Shown: positions 36,070 to 49,553 of the stretch, in pieces | Position numbering within the stretch: position 1 is the first letter of the stretch | Layout: each line of letters begins with the position of its first letter | NCBI RefSeq assembly: GCF_044704955.1 | Contig: NC_091994.1 | Coordinates: 110,484,001 to 110,548,000 of the forward strand | DNA from: Pristiophorus japonicus | Taxonomy: Eukaryota | Length of the DNA stretch: 64,000 nucleotides | Direction of reading: 5' to 3' | The notes under the pieces: model-generated | The model's input: the letters and a program-made list of their open reading frames with translations, nothing else | Database searches by the model: none | What the model was told of the DNA's origin: nothing | Program-made: the position numbers and the translations under genes

Positions 36070-38378
36070 TTCCCCACTCCGGAGACTTGAGCACAAAAAT
36101 CTAGGCTGACCCTCCCAGTGCGGTGCTGAGGGAGCGCTGCCCTGTCGGAGGTGCCGTCTTTCAGATGAGACGTTAAACCGAGGCCCTGTCTGCCCTCTCA
36201 GGTGGATGTAAAAGATCCCATGGCCACTATTTCAAAGAAGAGCAGGGGAGGTATGCCCGGTGTCCTGGGGCCAATATTTATATCTAAATCAACAACAACA
36301 ACTTTTATTTATATAGCACTTACAATGTAGCAGAATATCCCAAGGTGCTTCACAGGAGTGTTATGACAAAAATAAATACATTTCACACTGAGCCACATAA
36401 ATTATGGCAGATGACCAAAAGCTTGGTCAAAGAGGTAGGTTTTAAGGAGTGTCTTAAAGGAGGAAAGAGGGGCAGAGAAGTGGAGAGGTTTAGGGAGGGT
36501 GTTCCAGAGCATAGGGACCAGGCAGCTGAAGGCACGGCCACCGATGGTTGAGCAATTATAATCAGGGTGCTCCAAAAGGCAGAATTTTAAGGAATGCAGA
36601 TATCCTTTGGGGGGGGGGGGAGGGAGAGAGGGAAGAGGAGGTAGGTTGTGGGGGGAAGGGAAGAGGAGGTAGGTTGTGGTGGGGGGGGGAAGAGGAGGTA
36701 AGTTGTGGTGGTGGGGGGGGTAAGAGGAGGTAGGTTGTGGGGGGGGTAAGAGGAGGTAGGTTGTGGTGGGGGTGGGGGGGGGTAAGAGGAGGTAGGTTGT
36801 GGTGGGAGGGGGGGAAGAGCTAGGTTGTGGTGGGGGGGGAAGAGGAGGTAGGTTGTGGTTGGGGGGGGGGGAAAGAGGAGGTAGGTTGGGGGGGGGGGAG
36901 AAAGAGGAGGTTGGTTGTGGTGGGGGGAAAGAGGAGGTTGGTTGTGGTGGGGAGTGGAAGAGGAGGTTGGTTGTGGTGGGGGGGGGGAAGAGGAGGTTGG
37001 TTGTGGTGGGGGGGGGACGAGGAGGTAGGTTGTGTTGGGGGGGGGGGAAGAGGAGGAGGTGGGGGGGGTGAAGAGGAGGTGGTTGGGGGGGGGGAAGAGG
37101 AGGAGGTGGGGGGGGGGAAGAGGAGGAGGTGGGGGGGGAAGAGGAGGAGGTGGGGGGGGGAAGAGGAGGTGGTTGGGGGGGGGGAAGAGGAGGTGGTTGG
37201 GGGAGAAGAGGAGGAGGAGGAGGTGGGGGGGGGGAAGAGGAGGTGGTTGGGGGAGAAGAGGAGGAGGTGGTGGGGGGGGGGGGAGAGGAGGAGGTGGTGG
37301 AAGAGGAGGTAGGTTGTAGTGGGGGGGGGAGAAAGAGGAGGTAGGTTGTTGGGGGGGGGGGAGAGAAAGAGGAGGTAGGTTGTGGGGGGGTGGAAGAGAA
37401 AGAGGAGGTAGGTTGTGGTGGTGGGGGTGGGTAGAGAAAGAGGAGGTAGGTTGTGGTGGTGGTGGGGGGGGGAAGAGAGGAGGTAGGTTGTGGTGGGGGG
37501 GGGAAGAGGAGGTAGGTTGTGGTAGGGGGGGGAAGAGGAGGGAGGTTGTGGTGGGGGGGAGGGAAAGAGGAGGTAGGTTGTGGTGGGGGCGGTAAGAGGA
37601 GGTAGGTTGTGGTGGTGGTGGGGGGGTCGGTAAGAGGAGGTAGGTGGTGGGGGGGGAAGAGGAGGTAGGTTGTGGTGGGGGGGGGGGGAAGAGGAGGTAG
37701 GTTGTGGTGGGGGGGGGAAGAGGAGGTAGGTTGTGGGGGGGGGAAGTGGAGGTAGGTTGAGGTGGGGGGGGGAAGAGGAGGTGTTGGGGGGGGGGGAAAG
37801 AGGAGGAGGTAGGTTGTGGTGGAGGGGGGGGTGAAGAGGAGGTAGGTTGAGGTGGGGGGGGAAGAGGAGGAGGTAGGTTGTGGTGGAGGGGGGGTGAAGA
37901 GGAGGTAGGTGGTGGGGGGGGGGGAAGAGGAGGTGGTGGGGGGGAAGAGGAGGTGGTGGGGGGTGGAAGAGGAGGTAGGTTGTGGTGGGGAGGGGAAGAG
38001 GAGGAGGTGGTGGGGAGGGGAAGAGGAGGAGGTGGTGGGGGGGGGAAGAGGAGGAGGTGGTGGGGGGGGGGGGGGGAAAGAGGTGGTGGTGGTGGTGGGG
38101 GTGGGGGGGGAAAGAGGTGGTGGTGGTGGGGGGGGGGAAGAGGAGGTGGTGGTGGGGGGAGCGGAAGAGGGGGTAGGTTGAGGTGGGGGGAGGAAGAGGA
38201 GGTGGTTGGGGAGGAGGAGGTGGTGGGGGGGAAAGAAGAAGAAGAGGAGGAGGTGGTGGGGGGTAGAGAGGGAGGAGGTGGGGGGGAGGAGGAAGAGGAG
38301 GAGGTGGTAGGTGGAGGGGGGTGAGAAAGAGGAGGTGGTTGGTGGGGGGGGGGTTGGAGAGGAGGTGGTTGTTGGGGG

Positions 38379-38409
<31 letters not shown>

Positions 38410-39020
38410 GAGGAGGTAGGTGGTGGGGGAGAGAGGATGAGGTAGGTGGGGGGAGAGGAGGAGGAGGAGGTAGGTAGGTGGAGGTGGGGGGAAGGAGGTA
38501 GGTGGCGGGGCAGAAGGGCGGTGTTGTGAGGCTGAAAGAGATTAAAGATAGGGAGGAGCGAGGCCATGGAGGAATTTGTAAACAAGGATGAGGATTTTGA
38601 AATTGAGGCATTGCTTATCTGGGGGCCAATGTCGGTTAGCGAGCACAGGGGGTGATGGGTGAGCAGGACTTGGTGCGAGTTAGAACATGGGCTGCAGTTT
38701 TGAATGACCACATGTTTATGTAGGGTACAATGTGGGAGACTAGCGAGGAGTGTGTTGGAATAGTCAAGTCTAGAGATAACAGGGATGGATGAGGGTTTCA
38801 GTAGCAGATAAGCTGAAGCAGAGTCACTAAAAAACAGATGATCTGGTCATTATCACATTGCTGTTTGTGTGACCTTGCTGTGTGCAAATTAGCTGCCGCG
38901 TTTCCCACGTTACAATAGTGACTGCAGGTATAAAAAAAAGTACTTCATTGGCTGTAAAGTGCTTTGGGCCATCTGGTGGTTGTGAAAGGCGTGATAGAAA
39001 TCCAAGTCTTTCTTTCTTTT
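36070..39020. mobile_element. Deu-SINE (+; ~36070-36292 and ~38825-39020) split by a minus-strand L2 (~36290-38820)
   Basis: The SINE body breaks at AAATCAACA and resumes at TCACTAAAAAACAGATGATCTGGTC. Confidence 0.8.
36609..38510. repeat. G-rich imperfect minisatellite, unit approximately G(n)AAGAGGAGGTAGGTTGTGGT, with a (GA)n patch near 38378-38405
   Basis: Directly visible; almost no C on the plus strand. Confidence 0.95.
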
Positions 39021-39832
39021 CACTTTATTTCAAGGTTACAGTGACCAAACGGCCAAGCACAGACTCCCCCCCCTCTCACTCGCTGGGAGGTTTGGGGTAA
39101 AGAGCTCTGAGCCTCCCGCTGTGTTTCTGCTCAGTTATCCGATTCAGCCTCAGCTCATAATTGTTCCAAATCCCACTGGGCTGCAATCCCAGGTTGTCTC
39201 AATATGTTGGGAATTTGTCATTGGATTATTTTTGTCCCCCTTTGTGAGAAACATCAGTAACCCAGATACAGCAATCACTTCTCACTCGCAGAGACTCCGT
39301 CAGAGCGGACTCCCTCACCCACTGGGGGAAAAAAAGGGAAATCGTATTAATGTCTTGTGTTTCGTTGGCTGCCGTGTTACATTTATTATGTTTCATTTCA
39401 TCTCAACCTCAACACTATTTGATGATTGCAAGGTATATACACAAACAATGAGATTATTAGAAATGGGTTTATTTGATAGGTTGAAATTTATATATTTTCT
39501 CTATTACTTAAAAAGTAATATTTTCTCTATTTAAGAAAAAGAACATGAAATAGCATGCTGTGCTTAACGTTTTTTTAAAAATGACTGTCTGCCTCCGATC
39601 TTGTTTCCAATGCCATTTTCTTGTTTTCTATTATTTTAGCACTTGTTAAGATTTTAATAGTACTTGTAATTATGCATTTGCATGTATACAATTAATGATT
39701 TCCCCAGCTGATTTACTGTTAATTGTGGGTCTGTCCAGAAACACTGGTTACACCACCGTCTTGCTGTGAATGTGGCCATGTATTGATGATTGGTATCCAT
39801 GCTGAGAACCACTGTTGGTCAAAAAAGTTAGT

Positions 39833-40008
39833 GCAAAAGCAAAAATGCTGGCAATCTGAAATTAAAACAGAAAATGCTGCAAACACTCAGCAGGTCAGAC
39901 AGCATCGGACCACGTGCTAAAGGCCTAATCTTCCAGTCATCGACCTGAAAATGTTAACTCACTTTCTTTCTCCATAGATGCTGCTTGGCTGCTGAGCATT
40001 TTCTGTTA
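39833..40008. mobile_element. Penelope-derived inverted-repeat remnant
   Basis: Arms ~39866-39906 and ~39977-40007; partial hammerhead GTCATCGACCTGAAA between them. Confidence 0.6.
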
Positions 40009-40447
40009 TAGTATACGTGTTAGAAGCTAGAGTGCCTTGAAGGATGTTGCTTCATCTTTGGAGTCAAATAATGGCTGTAAATTGCTCCAGTTCACTTGTG
40101 GTTTCGCACATCAACTCAAACTCTTTGATCAGATTACCTTCTAATCATTCCCAGGTTATCTTAAGTAATTGGTTGTTTATACTGAGTAATTGTGTTTTTG
40201 TGTTACAAGCAATGTGGAATTGTTTGAAGTCCATATTTTTTTTGATTGTTTTTGGGGAATGGGAAATAATATTCAGGAAAATTTTATGCAATGATATTTC
40301 TCACGTAATCTTGCTGTAGAAGTGCCTATTAGCCCCTCCCAAGTGTCCCAGAAATGCATCTTTAACCCTGAAACATGAAGTTTAACAGGTGATTGACCAC
40401 TTCTATGATGCTTTGTTTTTGGTCTTCCATATTCTCCTTTTTACTGC

Positions 40448-41594
40448 GTCAGCTGTGGCTCAGTGGGTAGCACACTCTTTGACCTCACAAAGGCCGTTGA
40501 TACTATCATCCGTGAGGGACTTTGGAGCGTGCTCCTCCGTTTCGGCTGCCCCCCAAAAGTTTGTCACCTGCTTCACAACAACATGCAGGCCGTAATCCTG
40601 ACCAACGGATCCACCACAGACCCAATCCACGTCTGGACCGGGGTCAAGCAGGGCTGCGTCATCGCGCCAATGCTCTTCTCGATCTTCCTCGCTGCAATGC
40701 TCCATCTCGCTCGCAACAAGCTCCCCGCTGGAGTGGAACTAAACTATAGAACCATTGGGAATCTGTTCAACCTTCGTCGCCTCCAGGCTAGATCCAAGGT
40801 CGTCCCATCCTCTCTCATTGAATCACAGTATGGGGACGATGTTTGCGTCTGCGCACATTGAGGTCGAACTCCAAGCCATCGCCAAATGCAACAGCCAATT
40901 TACACACAGCAAGCTCCCACAAACAGCAATATGATAATGACCAGATAATCTGTTTTAGTCATGTTGATTGAACAATAAATATTGGCCAGCACACCAGGGA
41001 GAATTCCCCTGCTCTTCTTGAAATAGTGCCATACGCTCTTTTACGTCCACCTGAGAGAGCAGACGGGGCGTCGGCTTAAAATCTCATCCGAAACGCGGCA
41101 CCTCCGACAGTGCAGCACTCCCTCAGCACTGCACTAGAGTCAGCCTAGATTTTTGTGCTCAAGTCTCTGGAGTGGGACTTGAACTCACAACCTTCTGACT
41201 CAGAGGCGAGTGTGCTCATCATCATAGGCAGTTCCTCGAAATCGAGGAAGACTTGCTTCTACTCTAAAAGTGAGTTTTCAGGTGACTATACAGTCCAATA
41301 CGGGAATTACAGTCTCTGTCACAGGTCGGACAGACAGTGGTTGAAGGAAAGGGTGGGTGGGGAGTCTGGTTTGCCGCACGCTCTTTCCGCTGCCTGCGCT
41401 TGATTTCTGCATGCTCTCGGCGACGAGACTCGAGGTGCTCAGCGCCCTCCTGGATGCACTTCCTCCACTTAGGGCGGTCTTTGGCCAGGGACTCCCAGGT
41501 GTCAGTGGGGATGTTGCACTTTATCAAGGAGGCTTTGAGGGTGTCCTTATAACGTTTCCTCTGCCCACCTGGGGCTCGCTTGCCGTGTAGGAGT
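40448..41594. mobile_element. Rearranged composite: Deu-SINE containing an RTE insertion, with the distal part inverted
   Basis: SINE head (+), RTE RT fragment (+, 40478-40885), SINE body (-), RTE 3' end (-, 41217-41594). Confidence 0.8.
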
Positions 41595-42406
41595 AAACTA
41601 ACGTAATCCCTTGAGGATTTGAGTAACATTTCATTCCGAAAGAATTGGATAACTTTTCAACAGCTCCCAAATATCTTAAATTGAGCGCTGTTCGTTGGTG
41701 CATTCAATTTCTGTGGTTCTCAGTTTTACAACATTTGTCATGATAAACCATGTTATTATTACAGGTTTGTGATTTAGAAAGGAGGTGTGCAGCTCAACTG
41801 AAAGCCTACATAATGCTGAAAGCAGCTGATTTTAAAAACCATGGTTTAATGCAAAAGGTTAAACAGTTATTTTAGCTAGCAGCTAACTCTTGTGCATCAT
41901 CTCTGTCCATTGTGCCTTGTCCCAGAAAATCCATGGGCTGCTGGGACCATAGTCTCTCTATTTTAAGAAAAGTAGTATTAGCCCTGTTCTGGATTAGTCC
42001 CTGAATAAATAATCTATTTTAAAACAGCCGTATTCTTTTTGGCTTTTAAGACTTTTTTTTAATACTGTGCATTGTAACATGGGTTTGAAAGACTGGTGCG
42101 CATTAAATGCAGTGAAGAGCTATACACGAACATTTTTGTTATGGTGGACCTCAAAAGCATTTTCATAACCAGCTTCCCTTCAGATTTCTCATCTGTTTCA
42201 AAGTCTCTTCTCTGTAATCAGTGTGGGTATGTCCCTGTAGTATCTGTTGTAGCCAGTTGGGATATGTCAAGGTTGCCTCCCCACAGCATAATGTGAACAT
42301 GTTCCTGTGATATCTGCTGCAGATAATTGGGGTATGTGAAGGTCTTTAAGCAGCGCAGTGTGAGCCCATTTGGAGACATAGAAACAGATCCTTACAACAG
42401 CCTGCA

Positions 42407-43980
42407 TTACATAGAGTATGCAGCATAGAAACGGGCCATTCAACCCAACTGGTCTATGCACCACACAACCCACCTCCCATCCCTCTTCATCCAATCTATT
42501 CTTTTCTCCTTCGTGCGTTTAAATGCATTTATGCTATTCACCTCAACGACTTGTGGTAGTGAGTTTCACATTCTAACCACTCTCTGGGTAAATACGTTTC
42601 TCCTGAATTTCCTTTTGGATTTGTTAGTGACGATCATATTTATGGCCACTGTGCCCGCTATTTTTTTTCCCCCGTGCGCGATCCTTTTAAATGTGCTGCG
42701 TGGCCGCACTGTATCTTTACCAGCGGCAACAGCTGGTGAGCGGTCTGCGCAGGACCTTCGGGAGAACATTGCTTATAGCACTTAGTTGTTGTCTCTCCCA
42801 CAAGTGGAAATATCTTCTCTACATCTACCCCACCATACCCTTTCATAATGTTAAAGATCTCTACTACAACAACAACAACCTGTATTTATATAGCGCCTTT
42901 GATGAATTGAAACGTCCCAAGGCGCTTCACAGGAGTGTTATGAGATTTAAAAAATTTGATACCGAGCCTCATAAGGAGAAATTAGGGCAGGTGACCCTTG
43001 GTCCAAAGAGGTAGGTTTTAAGCAGCGGCTTGAAGGAAGAAAGAAAGGCGGAGAGGTTTAGTGAGGAAGTTGCAGAGGTTAAGGCCCAGGCAACAGAAGG
43101 CACGGCCACCAATGGTTGAGCGATTTATAATCGGGGATGCTCGAGGGCCGAATTAGAGCAGTGCAGATATCTCTGGTGGGGAGGGATGTGGGGTGTTGTG
43201 GGGCTGGAGGAGATTATAGAGATACGGAGGGGCGGGGCCATGGAGAGATTTGAAAACAAGGATGAGAATTTTGAAATCGAGGCATTGCTTCACTGGAACA
43301 ATGTAGGTCAGCGAGCACCCGGGGGGGGTGATGGGTGAGCGGGACTTGGTGCGAGTTAGGATATGGGCTGGTGAGTTTAAGATGACCTCTAGTTTACGTG
43401 GGGTAGAACGTGGGAGGCCAGCCAGGAGTGCGTTGGAATAGTCAAGTCTAGAGGTAACAAAGGCATGGATGAGGTCTTCAGCAGTGGATGAGCTGAGGCA
43501 AGGGCGGAGACAGGCACTAGATCAACCCTCGGCCTTCCCTTTTCTAGAGGAACGAGCCCCAGCCTGTTTATTTTTTCCTGGTCGATCAAACCTCTCAGTT
43601 CTGGTATCGTCCTTGTAAATCGTTTTTGCACCTTCTCGAGTGCCTCTGTAACCTTTTTATAACATGGAGACCAGAACTATGCACAGTAGTTCAAGTCTGG
43701 TACAACAAAAGTTCTATACAAGTTTAATATAACTTCTCTGCTTTTTAATTCTATCCCTCTGGAAATGAGCCCCAGTGCTTTGTTTGTTTTTTTAAAAATA
43801 GCCTTATTCACCTGCAGCGCTACATTTAGTGATTTGTGTACCTGTATCCCTTAATCCCTTTGCCCCGTGACCCCATTTAGGCTCTTGCTTTCCAAGGATT
43901 AGGTGACCTCCTGATTCTTCGGACCAAAATGCACCACTCCACACTTATCTACATTGAAATTCATTTGCCAATTGCACGCA
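42407..43980 (-). mobile_element. Cluster of CR1 (~42407-42860, ~43515-43980) and L2 (~42866-43512) fragments
   Basis: CR1 and L2 3' motifs in reverse complement; a ~120-bp foreign insert ending GGGAGAACATTG near 42650-42771. Confidence 0.75.
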
Positions 43981-44712
43981 TAATGAAGGTGTTCTCCAAG
44001 TTTGATTTTTTTTTTTAATTACCTTGAGCTGAAATGGTTCTCAAAGAGCTACTGTGCTTCCTTTAGTGTGATGGATATAGAGGCTGATGGACAGATGGGA
44101 AGACAGCGGCAGCAGAGAGTTTATGTCAGAGGACAGTGAGCAAAATTGACACAAGTAAAATGACACAATCCACATGTGCTCTCCCACAAATCAGGCCCGA
44201 TACAGTTCAGGATCGTTGGCCTGAACTTTAAAGGACACTTCTGGACTGGGTGAAAGATTAGAGCAGTCAGCACTGCAGCAGAGTGTGAAATGCTGATGAT
44301 TTCACAAATTTGAAGGGTAATCCAACTTGGATGTTTAAATTACAGACAACCAGACTCTGTGTACGCACCCCTGCAACAATGGGCCAACATGGCCACCCCA
44401 TCACCAGTACAAGAACCAGGGAAATGTCAGCCCTTGCAACACTGAAGACATGTGGGTCAGTGCCAATGAGTTTTGCTGCATTGGAAAGAAAAATTGTCAA
44501 CCAGCGAGGGAAAGAATTTGTTGGAACAGAGCAAAGTTTACTGTGATACCGGTGATAATTTGAAGTTGATAATTCTTTTCAAACAAAAGACTGAACCGAT
44601 AGGGGAGGGAGAAGAGAGGAGATGGGATGATGGTGTGGGGGTGGGGGGGCGTGCTATTAAATTCAACACGAAAGGTTAGATTTGAATACTTGATAGTGAG
44701 CTTGGTCAAGTA

Positions 44713-45146
44713 GAAAGACTTGCAGTTACATAAGAAAGACTTGCATTTCATGATCACTGGACGTCCCAAAGCACTTTACAACCGATGAAGATATTTTGAA
44801 GTGTAGTCACTGTTGTAACGTGGGAAATGCAGCAGCCAATTGGCGCACAGCAAGCTCCCACAAACAGCAATGTGATAATGACCAGATAATCTGTTTTAGT
44901 GGTGTTGATTGAGGGATAAATATTGGCCAGGACACCGGAGATAACTCCCCTGCTCTTCTTCGAAATAGTGCCATGGAATCTTTTACTTGCATCCGAGAGG
45001 GTTTAATGTCTCATCTGAAAGACGGTACTTCTGACAATGCAGCGTTCCCTCAGCACTGCACTGAAGTGTCAGCCTAGATTTTTGTGCTGTAGTCTCCGGA
45101 GTGGGACTTGAACCCAGAGGCAAGGCTGCTACTAACTGAGCCACTG
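44713..45146 (-). mobile_element. Deu-domain SINE, near full length
   Basis: Head, Deu core and tail in reverse complement. Confidence 0.85.
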
Positions 45147-46206
45147 TCTTTCACACCCATAGGTAGACTCAAAGGACATGAGAACATAAGAACATAAGAA
45201 TTAGGAACAGGAGTAGGCCATCTAGCCCCTCGAGCCTGCTCCGCCATTCAACAAGATCATGGCTGATCTGGCAGTGGACTCAGCTCCACTTACCCGCCCG
45301 CTCCCCATGAGGACCTCATAGCCAATAAGTTTATTTTGAAGTCCAATCCCTGTTCTGTAGGCAAACAAGGCAACCTGTCACTGCAAATCAAGGTCCCAGG
45401 ATCAACATCAAAATAGTCACCACACAATCTTGAATGGTGTTGTTTGAGGGAACAGTATTGGCCAGGACAGCAGGAGAATTTCTGACTCTTCAAATAGTGT
45501 GATGACATGTATTTTTAATGTCTCATCCACTACACCAGCAAAGACATGCTGATCCAGGCCGACTTGAACAACCTATCAACAACCTGTCTCCAGTTTAGGC
45601 GACCATTTTGGACAGTTGCCGAAGCCCTTCAGCGATCTTCTCTCAGCCTCGTTGATCGATGGCGAAATGCTTGGAAGAACTGCGACATACGGAATGGACG
45701 GACTGTCTCATCTGAAAGACGGCACCACCAACAATACAGCACACTCGCTCAGATCTGCACTGGAGTGTCGGCCTATGCTCAAGTGCTACAGTGGAGCTTG
45801 AACCCACAACCATCTAACTTTGAGACGAGCTTCCAACCAACTGAGTCCAGCTAACATTTGAGGTCAGGTACTGGTTTGATAAAGGGGAGTTGCTTAATCT
45901 TGGAGCTCGCTTGATAGCAGAGTCTTTGAAAGGCCACAAGCTGGACAGTATTATAGTTGTCCTACAATGAGGAAGCACAACATCAGCCTTGATACCTGGA
46001 GGCCCAACTATGTTTCTTCAGCTGCTAGATATAGCAGTTAACAGGCTATTCTGAGCTTCTCTTGGGAACTAGGGAGGCATCCATAGCTGAAGTGTGAGTG
46101 GGGGGTTGTTGGGGAATTTCCAGCCTATGTTGAAGGGGTTTGTTAAAGTTGTAATTGGACAGAAACTGCCAGATACACTTGGATTGGACTGAATCTTTGT
46201 TTATAT

Positions 46207-47695
46207 TATTCTCATCCTTGTTTTCAAATCCCTCCATGGCTTCGTCCCTCCCTATCTCTGTAATCTCCTCCAGCTCCCCCGAGACATAGAAACATAGAAA
46301 ATAGGTGCAGGAGTAGGCCATTCGGACCTTCGAGCCTGCACCGCCATTCATTGAGTTCATGGCTGAACATGCAACTTCAGTACCCCATTCCTGCTTTCTC
46401 GCCATACCCCTTGATCCCCCTAGTAGTAAGGACTACATCTAACTCCTTTTTGAATATATTTAGTGAATTGGCCTCAACAACTTTTTGTGGCAGAGAATTC
46501 CACAGGTTCACCACTCTCTGGGTGAAGAAGTCTCTCCTCATCTCGGTCCTAAATGGCTTACCCCTTAACCTTAGACTGTGACCCCTGATTCTGGACTTCC
46601 CCAACATTAATAAGAACATAAGAACATAAGAATTAGGAACAGGAGTAGGCCATCTAGCCCCTCGAGCCTGTTCTGCCATTCAACAAGATCATGGCTGATC
46701 TGGCCGTGGACTCAGCTCCACTTACCCGCCCCCTCCCCATAACCCTTAATTCCCTTATTGGTTAAAAATCTATCTATCTGTGATTTGAATATATTCAATG
46801 AGCTAGCCTCAACTGCTTCCTTGGGTAGAGAATTCCACAGATTCACAATCCTCTGGGAGAAGAAATTCCTTCTCAACTCGGTTTTAAATTGGCTCCCCGG
46901 TATTTTAAGGCTGTGCCCCCTAGTTCTAGTCTCCCCGACCAGTGGAAACAACTTCTCTGCCTCTATCCTGTCTATCCCTTTCATTATTTTAAATGTGTCT
47001 ATAAGATCACCCCTCATCCTTCTGAACTCCAACGAGTAAAGATCCAGTCTACTCAATCTATCATTATAAGGTAACCCCCTCATCTCCGGAATCAGCCTAG
47101 TGAATCGTCTCTGTACCCCCTCCAAAGCTAGTATATCCTTCCTTAAGAAAGGTGACCAAAACTGCACGCAGTACTCCAGGTACGGCCTTACCAATACCCT
47201 ATACAGTTGCAGCAGGACCTCCCTGCTTTTGTACTCCATCCCTCTCGCAATGAAGGCCAACATTCCATTTGCCTTCCTGATTACCTGCTGCACCTGCAAA
47301 CTAACTTTAGTGATTCATGCACAAGGACCCCCAGGTCCCTCTGCACCGCAGCATGTTGTAATTTCTCCCCATTCAAATAATAATCCCTTTTACTGTTTTT
47401 TTTTCCAAGGTGGATGACCTCACATTTTCTGACACCTGCGCTCCTCTAATTCTGCCCTTTTGAGCATCCCTGATTTTAATCGCTCAACCATTGGTGGCCG
47501 TGCCTTCAACTGCTGAGGCTCTAAGCTCTGGAATTCCCTCCCTAAACCTCTCCATCTCTCGTTCTTCCTTTAAGGCGCTCCTTAAAGCTACCTCATTGAC
47601 CAAGCCTGCCCTAATTTCTTATGTGACTCAGTGTCAAATGTTGTTTTGAAGCGCCATGGGACGTTTTACTACGTTAAAGGCGCTATATAAATGCA
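46207..47695. mobile_element. L2 3' end (+) split by two minus-strand CR1 copies (46283-46606, 46611-47432)
   Basis: ORFs 46377-46679 and 46712-47299 are CR1 ORF2 tails; L2 resumes at ACCTGCGCTCCTCTAATTCTG. Confidence 0.85.
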
Positions 47696-49553
47696 TGATC
47701 TTCACCACACGTCAAATCCAAGAAAAATGCAGGGAGCAGCACCAACCTCTGTACATGACCGCCTTTGACCTCACAAAGGTCTTTGACACTGTCAACCGTG
47801 AGGGATTATGGAGTGTCCTCCTCCATTTCGGCTGCCCTCAAAACCATCCTCCGCCTGCTTCACGATGACCTGCAAGCCGTGATCCTGACCAACGGATCCA
47901 CCACCGACCCAATCCACGTGTGGACCGGGGTCAAGCAAGGCTGTGTCATTGCACCAACACTCTTCTCGATCTTCCTTGCTGCAATGCTCCATCTCGCCCT
48001 TAGTAAGCTCCCCGCTGGACTGGAGCTAATCTACAGAACAAACGGGAATCTGTTTAACTTCCATCGCCTTCAGTCCAGATCCAAGGTTGTCCCATCCTCT
48101 GTCATTGAATTACAGTATACAGACGACGCTTGCATTTGCGCACACTCTGAGGTCGAACTCCAAACCATCGTCAACACCTTCACCGAAGCGTACGAGAGTA
48201 TGGGCCTTACATTAAACATCCATAAGACAAAGGTTCTCTACCAACTTGCCCCCGCCACACAGCACTGCCCCCCCGGTTATCAAAATCCATGACTAGGCCT
48301 TGGACAACATGGACCACTTTCCATACCTTGGGAGCCTACTGTCAACAAGGGCAGATGTTAATGGCTAAGTCCAACACGGCCTTCAGTGTGCCAGTGCAGC
48401 CTTCGGTCACCTGAGGAAGAGAGCGTTTGAAGACCAGGACCTCAAACCCGGCACCAAGCTCATGGTCTACAGAGCAGTAGTGATACCCACCCTCCTATAT
48501 GTTTGACATGGACCATGTACAGCAGGCATCTCAAAGCACTGGAGAAGTACCACCAACGCTGCCTCCGCAAAATACTGGAAATTCATTGGCAGATAGGCGC
48601 ACCAACGTCTGTGTTCTCGCTCAGGCCAGCATCGAAGCATTGACCATGCTCGAAGAGTTCTGATGGATGGGCCACATCATCCGCATGCCCAATACTAGAC
48701 TCTCCAAACAAGCGTTCTACTCCGACCTCCGACTCGGCAAGCTAGTCCCAGATGGGCAGAGGAAATGCTTCAAGGGCACCTTTAAAGTCTCCTTGGAAAA
48801 AGTGCAGGAATCCCTGGCCCAAGACTGCTCAAAGTGGAGGAGAAGCATCCGGGAGGGCGCCGAACACCTCGGGTCTCTTCGCCGGGAGCACGCGAAAGCC
48901 AAGCGCAAACAGCGGAAGGAGCGCACGGCAAACCAAGAACTTCAACCACCTGCCCCATCTGTGACAGAGACTGTAGGTCCCGCATTGGTCTCATCAGTCA
49001 ACTGAGAAACATAGAAAATAGGTGCACGAGCAGGTCATTCGGCCCTTCGAGCCTGCACCACCATTCAATATGATCATAGCTGATCATGCAACTTCAGTAC
49101 CCCATTCCTGCTTTCTCTCCATACCCCTTGATCCCTTTAGCTGTAAGGGCCATATCTAACTCCCTTTTGAATATATCTAACGAACTGGCCTCAACAACTT
49201 TCTGTGGTAGAGAATTCCACAGGTTCACAATTCTCTGAGTGAAGAAGTTTCTCCTCATCTCGGCCTTAATGGCTTACCCCTTATCCTTAGACTGTGACCC
49301 CTGGTTTTGGACTTCCCCAACATCGGGAACATTCTTCCTGCATCTAACTTGTCCAATTCTGTCAGAATTTTATATGTTTCTATGCAATCCCCTCTCATTC
49401 CATTGAATATAAGCCTAGTCGATCCAGTCTTCATATGTCAGTCCTGCCATCCCGGGAATCAGTCTGGTGAGCCATCGCTGCACTCCCTCAATGTCCTTCC
49501 TCAGATTAGTGTGGAAGCAAGTCATCCTCGACTCCGGGGGACTGCCTCAGAAG
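47696..49553 (+). mobile_element. RTE LINE (5'-truncated, RT to 3' end) with nested minus-strand CR1 (~49005-49506)
   Basis: MIFTTRQIQEKCREQ, GVKQGCVIAPTLF, LQYTDD; TSD ATATAAATGCA at 47685-47695 and 49554-49564. Confidence 0.9.

Noticed and set aside
36402-38711. 769-aa and 674-aa Pro-rich ORFs and Gly-rich ORFs on the other strand
   Set aside because: Artefacts of the G/C-skewed minisatellite, which lacks stop codons; the ends are out-of-frame L2 sequence
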